Part shown: in pieces, positions 56,992 to 64,000 of the stretch
How positions within the stretch are numbered: the first letter of the stretch is position 1
Layout: every line of letters starts with the position of its first letter
Origin: Octopus vulgaris
Lineage: Eukaryota
Length of the DNA: 64,000 nucleotides
Direction: 5' to 3'
NCBI GenBank assembly: GCA_951406725.2
Contig: OX597818.1
Coordinates: forward strand, 72,168,001-72,232,000
The notes under the pieces: generated by a model
The model's input: the letters and a program-made list of their open reading frames with translations, nothing else
The model's database searches: none
What the model was told of the DNA's origin: nothing
Translations under genes and position numbers: made by a program

Positions 56992-58281
56992 CGAGGGACG
57001 TTCAATAAGTAATGCCTCTGACCCACTTGCAGTTGTTTGATCTAGCTGAAATTTTGCATGTGCAATCATTTATATCTCTATAGAGGAAAGTGGCAAATTA
57101 CAGCTCTGAATTAATTGTGGTTTCTGATTCACAGGTGTTTGAACCGAGTCAAGTGTGAAATGGAGCCTGTTGAGTGTCGAGCAGTGATCCGGTTTTTGTA
57201 TTTGAAAGGACGCACGCCACAGGAGACTTTTGATGAAATGAAAGTAACTTATGGTGATGATGCCCCATCATATGACCTTGTAAAACGCTGGCATCGTGAA
57301 TTCAAACATGGTCGGAACTCTATGGAAACAGCTCCCAGATCTGGTCGCCCCTTTTGCCATTGATGAGGCATCTGTCCGTCAAGTTGAGGCTGCCATTTTG
57401 GAAGATCGACGCATAATTATTCGCCAAATAGCCCATGAGGTGAAGATTAGTACCGGGTCTGTGGAAACTATCATTCATGACCATTTGCATATGCAAAAGG
57501 TGTCTGCCAGATGGATTCCCAGGTTGCTCACGCATTTCCAGAAGCAAGAACGCGTCGAGTGCTCGGGGGTGAATTTGGAGATGTGCCAAGAAGATGAGTC
57601 AAACTTTTTCAAAAGACTGATTACACAGGATGAAACATGGGTCCATCTCGATGATTCAGAGACCAAAGCCCAGTCAATGCAGTGGAAGCACCGTGACTCA
57701 CCCCCTCCAAAGAAGGCAAGGGTGCAGCCCTCCTCTGGCAAGGTCATGCTCACAGTCTTCTGGGACCAGGACGGAGTAGTGATGACAGATTTCCTGGAAA
57801 AGGGTACCACAATTGCAGGAGCCTATTATGCTTCACTTTTGAGGAAATTAAGAGAAGTTATCAAAATCAAGAGGCGGGGCAAGATCAGCAAAAGCATCCT
57901 CCTCCTGCAGGACAACGCTCCGGTCCACAACTCGCTTGTCGCCAGATCAGAAGCACAGGCGTATGGCTATGAACTCCTCCCCATCCCCCTACTTTCCTGA
58001 CCTTGCACCCTCTGATTTTCACCTCTTCCCAGTCATGAAGTTGTTTTTGAAAGGAAAGCGTTTCCCAGATGATGCAGCCTTGATTTCTGAAGTCACGTTC
58101 AGGTTGGAGGACCAAGCTGGGGTCTTCTACAAAAACGGTCTCCAGAGCTGCATCAAACAATGGGAGAAATGCGTAACTCTGGGTGGTTCCTATGTAGAAA
58201 AAGACTAATAACTGTGCCAAGTTTCGTTGCTCTACTGCTATGGGAAGTGGGTCAGGGGCATTACTTATTGAACGCCCCTCG
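56992..58281 (+). mobile_element. Full-length mariner (irritans-like), ~37-bp TIRs, TA TSD
   Basis: TA|CGAGGGACGTTCAATAAGTAATGCC...GGCATTACTTATTGAACGCCCCTCG|TA; 1290 bp. Confidence 0.96.
57160..58208 (+). pseudogene. Mariner DD34D transposase with two frameshifts
   Basis: RAVIRFL, RSGRP, ARWIPRLL, ITQDETW, QDNAPVH, PYFPDLAPSDFHLF and WEKCV..GGSYVEK. Confidence 0.94.
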
Positions 58282-58288
58282 TATAACA

Positions 58289-58394
58289 TAGAAATGGGAG
58301 TTAAAGCCCAAACCACGAAAAAGCTATTCTTATTTTGGCACGCGCCAAAATAAGAATAGCTTTTCCATGGTTTGGGATTTTACTCCCATTTCTA
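58289..58394. repeat. 106-bp hairpin/palindrome
   Basis: tagaaatgggag...aaaagctattcttattttggc-acgc-gccaaaataagaatagctttt...ctcccatttcta. Confidence 0.92.
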
Positions 58395-58895
58395 GAATGA
58401 TGGAAAACCACTTAGTGGCTTTCCCTCAGTATATAACTCTTATACATACATAAATATAATAGTATTTGCAGTCTTCGGACGTTTTTACTCACGCTGGCCA
58501 CTGGTAACAAATTAATATTGAATTTTTACTTTATATTTAAAATTTAAATATATATGTGTGTGTATGTGTGTGTTTGCGCGCTCGCGTGTCCTGCATGCAA
58601 TCGTGTGTACATACTTATATACATGCGCAAATGTGTGTGCATACTTGTATACATTCTCTGTATATATAATACGACCTATATTTCTTCCAGGTTCATGATC
58701 ATGGAACAGGAACTCTTAGTCATGGTTACTTTGTATAATTGTACTCACACTTAAACACACATACATACTCATACATACAGAGATACACGCACATATAAGC
58801 AAACGTGCTTACGTACACTTCACACGTATACATATACATTTACATACTCGATATGCCCTCAGATGAGTGCATATGAGTGATTATTGCTATATAAA

Positions 58896-58936
<41 letters not shown>

Positions 58937-59961
58937 ATAAGTATGTATGCGTGTATGTATGTATGTATGTATGTATGTATGTATGTATGTATGTATGTAT
59001 GTATGTATGTATGTATGTATCTATCTATCTATCTCTCTATATTAATGTGATGCGTCTATGACTCACTCTTTCTCCGCTTTCTACATCACTACCTTGCTCT
59101 GACTCCCTCAATCTCTGTAAATGCATGAATTTTTATCAGAAATAATCTGATAAGAATTTCTCCCTTTCTCCAACGAATATATAGAACACAAAATAAACCG
59201 GGTTTTTTTGTAATAATAGTATTTAGGACTGACTGGCATGACAACGATAATAGGCACCAACATATAATTTACGTAAAGAAATATTCGGTCCTATCTTTTT
59301 TTCACTGCTGAATCAAAAGTCTTACAGTTATTCATTTTCTACTTAAACTATACTAAACCAATATACATACATGCATACATTTATGCATGCATACATACAT
59401 GCGTACATGCGCGGATACGTACATGCATATATATGTATATACATATATGTATATGTTTATATAAATCGGTATTCATTCATACACACACATTTATAGACAG
59501 GCATAAATATATATGTAGAAATATATATTCATATCCATCAATTTAACTATCTTGCTATGTATCGATATGTATGTATGTCTCTATCTTTCTGTTTATGTAT
59601 GTATTTATGTATGTATGTATGTATGTATGTATCTATCTATCTATCTATCTATCTGTATGTATATATATGTGCGATTGTGTATGTATGTGCTTGTACACAC
59701 ACAGACAAGCACACACATATTGGCTTCCATTGTGTTCTCATGCACAAACAAAAATTGCTCAATGCACTTTTGTTTTAGAACTGTCTTATTGTAAGTGAGC
59801 TTGGCATAGTTGGTTCATAGCCTCTTTTGTAACCGTACTCATCGGTGAGCCTATCATAGTTGATAATCTATATTTACCGATGAGCACGACTGACTAATCA
59901 TCAACTATACGAAACCTTTATATATGAAGAAATAATAGGGCTACCTGACACATAACTATAT

Positions 59962-60017
<56 letters not shown>

Positions 60018-60148
60018 ACATATATATGTCTATCTATCTAACTATTTTCAACATATCTATATGTATATTTATATGCATATGTATATATATGTGTGTGTGT
60101 GTGTATGTATATATATATATATACATGCATATTTACATACATATAGAC

Positions 60149-60182
<34 letters not shown>

Positions 60183-60365
60183 ATAAAACGGTAAGATAAC
60201 AAAATATATATATATATATATATATATAGCATGCTTATCAACCACATGTTTCCGAGTTCAGTCCCACTGCGTGGCACCTTGGACAAGTGTCTTCTACTAT
60301 AGCCTCGGGCCGACCAAAGCCTTGTGAGTGGATCTGGTAGACGGAAACTGTAAGAAGCCCTCGTA

Positions 60366-60411
<46 letters not shown>

Positions 60412-60417
<6 letters not shown>

Positions 60418-60619
60418 ATCCAAACAAGAAAGCACAAAAAAACACAACAACGCGAGGACGTGGAACAAATATAGTATTATTGGACACTCAGGAAAGAAGG
60501 AACGAAGGAGGGTTTAACGTTTCGAGCTGAGCTCTACGTCGGAAACATAGGAGAAGGAAAGATCCAGAGAAGGGAAGACAAGGAAAAAAATCGCCAACGG
60601 TACACACGCGGTCACATTG

Positions 60620-60620
<1 letters not shown>
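60412..60620 (-). mobile_element. ~210-bp solo pLTR-like insert carrying a minimal hammerhead motif
   Basis: Flanked by (TA)n on both sides; pyrimidine-rich on the minus strand; 3' end aactatata as in 7790-7925. Confidence 0.65.
60512..60546 (-). ncRNA. Minimal hammerhead-like motif with variant core
   Basis: guuu-CCGACGU-a-gagc-uca-gcuc-GAAA-c-GUU-aaac; stems I and II intact, palindromic AACGUU stem III, core deviates at U4 and A9. Confidence 0.6.
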
Positions 60621-60650
<30 letters not shown>

Positions 60651-61033
60651 ATATGTTTGTATGTCTATGTTTGTCCCCCCCCGCACAACTTCTCTTGACA
60701 ACCGATGGTGGTGTGTTTACGTCCCCGTAACTTAGCGGTTCGGCACAAGAGGCCGATAGAATAAGTACTACGCTTACAAAGAGTAAGCCCTGGGATCGAT
60801 TTGCTCGACTAAAGGCGGTGCTCCAGCATGGCCGCAGTCAAAGGACTGAAACAAGTAAAAGAGTAAAAAGAGAGAATACATACGCACACACACACACACA
60901 CACACACTCACACATATACATATATGATAGTGTTATATTTCGGGATGGTCATTTTTTTGCCAAATAAATAATCGCACTATATATTCGTTCTTGACTCGTT
61001 TATTATTGTTCTTATTTGATCTTAATATCCATT

Positions 61034-61076
61034 GTCTGGAAATCTTTCGTCACACATCTGTGACCTCTTCAGCGAC
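61034..61076 (-). ncRNA. Minimal hammerhead motif with canonical core
   Basis: gucg-CUGAAGA-g-gucaca-gaug-ugugac-GAAA-gau-UUC-cagac; 6-bp stem II and bulged stem I; lies in a ~200-bp non-coding insert (~60925-61125) between microsatellites. Confidence 0.7.
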
Positions 61077-61732
61077 CTTTTCTATCCACCTTTATTCTCC
61101 TGCTCCACTTAGTCCATTCTCATGCTCTCACAAACACACACAAACGCACACACATGTATGTGTGTATATCAATTAGTGCAATAACTCCTGACATATGCAT
61201 ATCCACCCATTATCTATTCTTTTATCTTCGATCGCATCGTTTAGCCGTATTTGTATGCGAAATCTCCTAACTTTCAGTGCTGACTCTAAATTCGATTGAA
61301 AGGAGAACAATACATTGCTAACACAAAAGTAGGACACAATATTGTCTCAAAAGCCTTAGTATGATAGATAGTATATTAAGGTGGCAAAACTATATATGGT
61401 ATGCCTACTAGCAATTAATATGTTCATTCCAGCTGCCTGGAATGTGCCTAATATGTAAATTGCTCTATCCAATAGTGCTACACAGCTAAACCTAGTGAGT
61501 ATTTAAGCAAGGTATTTGTGGATAGTTAATGAGTCGGGTGTGGTACTGCAGAAGGAGTAATAACATCTAAAATGTGCATATACATCGTTTACCTATTTCT
61601 GTCTTTGATCGCATTATATACATTGACGTTTTCGTATAAGAAATGCACAAAATTTCATTGCTGGCTCTAAATTCTATAAAAAAATCTGTATATATATATA
61701 TCTATACAATATGTTACATTACTCGGTAGTCA

Positions 61733-61795
61733 AGATAAAACTCTGAGTTTCAGATGCCGAAGTGGAAATCCACAACACCATATCTTCGGTTATCT
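61733..61795 (-). ncRNA. Hammerhead-like motif (CCGAAGA core) in the PLE 3' UTR
   Basis: agauaa-CCGAAGA-...-GAAA-cucaga-GUU-uuaucu; 6-bp stem I, near-palindromic stem III ACUC-A-GAGU, atypical base of stem II. Confidence 0.55.
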
Positions 61796-61989
61796 GGCTA
61801 TTTGAAAACGTTATGAAAAAATACCGTTAAAAATGAAGGGAAATTACTCTGTTATAACTCTGCTTTGCCTGCGTACTTATACATCGCTCGCATTTTTCGT
61901 CATAAAAATTATATAAAAATACATAAAAATATATAAAAATATATAAAAATATATAAAATCTTCTTGGGACATAACACAGAAAGCATGTT

Positions 61990-63510
61990 CTATCCGTTTT
62001 CTTTAGGGGACCAAAAACGTAACAGAAATTTAGTCACATGTGGGCATGATCCGAAAAGTTCTGTCCTTGTATTTAGACATGTGGTAGGGTCTAAGCTGCT
62101 TTTCCAGATAAGCCATCTCTCCATGTCGCATAAACCGCACCTTCCGCTGCCGTTAGTATAGGGCTTACATCTGGCCAAAATCTTCCATTGTATGTTATAA
62201 TCGACACCTTTATCTCTTAAAGACCAAATATGATTGGATAATTGTGTCGCTTTTCTTTTGTTCCAGTGCCTAAAGCTCAAAGTGTGGTTATTGAACCTGG
62301 CCTTGAAATTACCCTCTGTCAGGCCCACGTATTTCTTCGTCAAAACGGTGTCTTTAGTGGTTATAGAGTTTACGGTAGCTTCATATATGATGGTCTTGGA
62401 CATGCAAGCTCCATTTAGCGGGCACAATTCTTTATTCCTGCATGAACAGCTGTTTTCTTCTTGTGTTTTTTGTATGTTATGATTGATTATGTTTTTAAAA
62501 TTGGTAGTTGAACTAAAACTAATTTTTAAATTGTGTCTATTGAAGAGTTTCCTATAAGCATGGTTAACTGGAAAATGTCTATCTATCAGTGCTAGGAAAT
62601 ATTTACCTATATTGAAGGCCACCTCGGGTGAGTAAGGGGGCGTAAACCAGATGACCTTCCTATTTCTATTATTCCTTTTCCTTATTGTTGGGCTGGTGAT
62701 AGGTGTATATTTTATTTTTTCGCTAAAACCACTATCTTTTAAAGCTTTATTATAAACTGGGGCAACGCTATTGAAGATGTCCTCATTAGATGAGAGGCTA
62801 GAAATCCTCTTACTAATATTTTTAACTAAATTTTTGAATACTATAGGGGGATGGCATGAACCTACATTAATATAACTTAGTCTATCATTGGGCTTCCTAT
62901 AAGGCTTATAAATATTATTATTAAGATCTAAGGAAACGTCTAAGAAATTGACAACCGTCAGGTTAGTGTCTATAGTTATACTAAGTCCGAAGTGTTTCAT
63001 TAACTGGATAATATCCTTCCTAAAACGATCTTGTGCTGGTCCATTTGTATTAGCTGTTAAGGCGAGGGCATCATCTTTGTAGATGGCGAAATGTACGTTA
63101 GGGAATGTCTTACTGAAGGTATCTAGGAGAAAGAGTCCAATTAGATCACAGATGCCTGCCCCATCATATGAACCCATGCTCACATCGAAAGCGCCCTCCG
63201 TGTCGGTGTTTTTTACCCACTTTGCATTCTCACTGAAAAGTAATGTCTTTCTAGCATGGAAGATTATATCCTTATCATTGGTACTAATTTCTATGAAGTC
63301 ACTAGCGAAGATTAGGGCTTTATCTAGCAGTTCTTTAGAGATAGAGGCATAAAAATCAACAATATCGAATTGTGTAAACCTCGCTTTTTTCTTATTCTTA
63401 ATAGCTTTAAACCAGTCTACGACTTCTATACTATTGGACCATTGCACTAGCCTAGTATCGGTCTTAATTTTCGTATTTATTTTATCTAAAATTTCTTTGC
63501 TAATAATCCC
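61990..63510 (-). CDS. PLE reverse transcriptase-GIY-YIG endonuclease polyprotein (5'-truncated, frame open)
   Basis: QFDIVDFY, FDVSMGSYDG, YKDD, NFLDVSLDL, SCHPP, WFTPPYS, CSCRNKELCPLNGAC, IIYEATV..KYVGLTE..FKARF..H and CGLC..E; the 485-aa ORF frame stays open up to the palindrome centre. Confidence 0.9.
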   Translation of the reverse strand, partial: GIISKEILDKINTKIKTDTRLVQWSNSIEVVDWFKAIKNKKKARFTQFDIVDFYASISKELLDKALIFASDFIEISTNDKDIIFHARKTLLFSENAKWVKNTDTEGAFDVSMGSYDGAGICDLIGLFLLDTFSKTFPNVHFAIYKDDALALTANTNGPAQDRFRKDIIQLMKHFGLSITIDTNLTVVNFLDVSLDLNNNIYKPYRKPNDRLSYINVGSCHPPIVFKNLVKNISKRISSLSSNEDIFNSVAPVYNKALKDSGFSEKIKYTPITSPTIRKRNNRNRKVIWFTPPYSPEVAFNIGKYFLALIDRHFPVNHAYRKLFNRHNLKISFSSTTNFKNIINHNIQKTQEENSCSCRNKELCPLNGACMSKTIIYEATVNSITTKDTVLTKKYVGLTEGNFKARFNNHTLSFRHWNKRKATQLSNHIWSLRDKGVDYNIQWKILARCKPYTNGSGRCGLCDMERWLIWKSSLDPTTCLNTRTELFGSCPHVTKFLLRFWSPKENG

Positions 63511-64000
63511 AAGTCAGAACTAGGGATTATTAGCAAAGAAATTTTAGATAAAATAAATACGAAAATTAAGACCGATACTAGGCTAGTGCAATGGTCCAAT
63601 AGTATAGAAGTCGTAGACTGGTTTAAAGCTATTAAGAATAAGAAAAAGCGAGGTTTACACAATTCGATATTGTTGATTTTTATGCCTCTATCTCTAAAGA
63701 ACTGCTAGATAAAGCCCTAATCTTCGCTAGTGACTTCATAGAAATTAGTACCAATGATAAGGATATAATCTTCCATGCTAGAAAGACATTACTTTTCAGT
63801 GAGAATGCAAAGTGGGTAAAAACACCGACACGGAGGGCGCTTTCGATGTGAGCATGGGTTCATATGATGGGGCAGGCATCTGTGATCTAATTGGACTCTT
63901 TCTCCTAGATACCTTCAGTAAGACATTCCCTAACGTACATTTCGCCATCTACAAAGATGATGCCCTCGCCTTAACAGCTAATACAAATGGACCAGCACAA
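63031..64000. repeat. Near-perfect palindrome (arms 63031-63510 and 63523-64000, continuing beyond the window; 12-nt spacer)
   Basis: The right arm is the reverse complement of the left; the only differences noticed were two 1-bp homopolymer indels. Confidence 0.97.

Larger units (their letters stand above)
60228..60875 (+). mobile_element. SINE family A copy with a nested insertion in its internal (TA)n
   Basis: 5' half 60228-60364 and 3' half 60660-60875 align to 25245-25659. Confidence 0.88.
61705..63510 (-). mobile_element. Penelope-like element, 5'-truncated, with 3' UTR/pLTR
   Basis: Uninterrupted RT plus GIY-YIG ORF followed by a UTR with a hammerhead-like motif and a (TA)n flank. 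Confidence 0.92.

Noticed and set aside
61990-63447. Possible selenocysteine-type PLE with N-terminal endonuclease
   Set aside because: GIY-YIG is C-terminal and the ORF has no in-frame TGA

Overview
AT-rich, repeat-saturated eukaryotic DNA, almost certainly from an octopus (inferred from the two recurring tRNA-derived SINE families and the dense microsatellites). No host gene can be supported; most ORFs in the track are translated microsatellites or transposon fragments. DNA transposons: two Tc1 elements with ~200-bp IR/DR-type TIRs (1761-3368, 29190-30813), a full-length irritans-type mariner (56992-58281), decayed mariner, maT-like, Chapaev3-like and hAT/Buster elements, and a Helentron-like non-autonomous element. 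Retroelements: RTE and Tx1-like LINE pieces, a near-complete R4/Dong-like restriction-like-endonuclease (RLE) LINE stacked with same-strand relatives in trinucleotide repeats, and at least five Penelope-like element (PLE) fragments. The strongest signal outside the ORF track is a set of type-I hammerhead-ribozyme motifs in PLE termini and short solo pLTR-like inserts, several sharing a variant CCGANGA core. They occur alongside divergent fold-back PLE structures at 25.06-26.78 kb and a near-perfect palindrome centred at ~63516. A 2.2-kb duplication across the 100-N gap is probably an assembly artefact.
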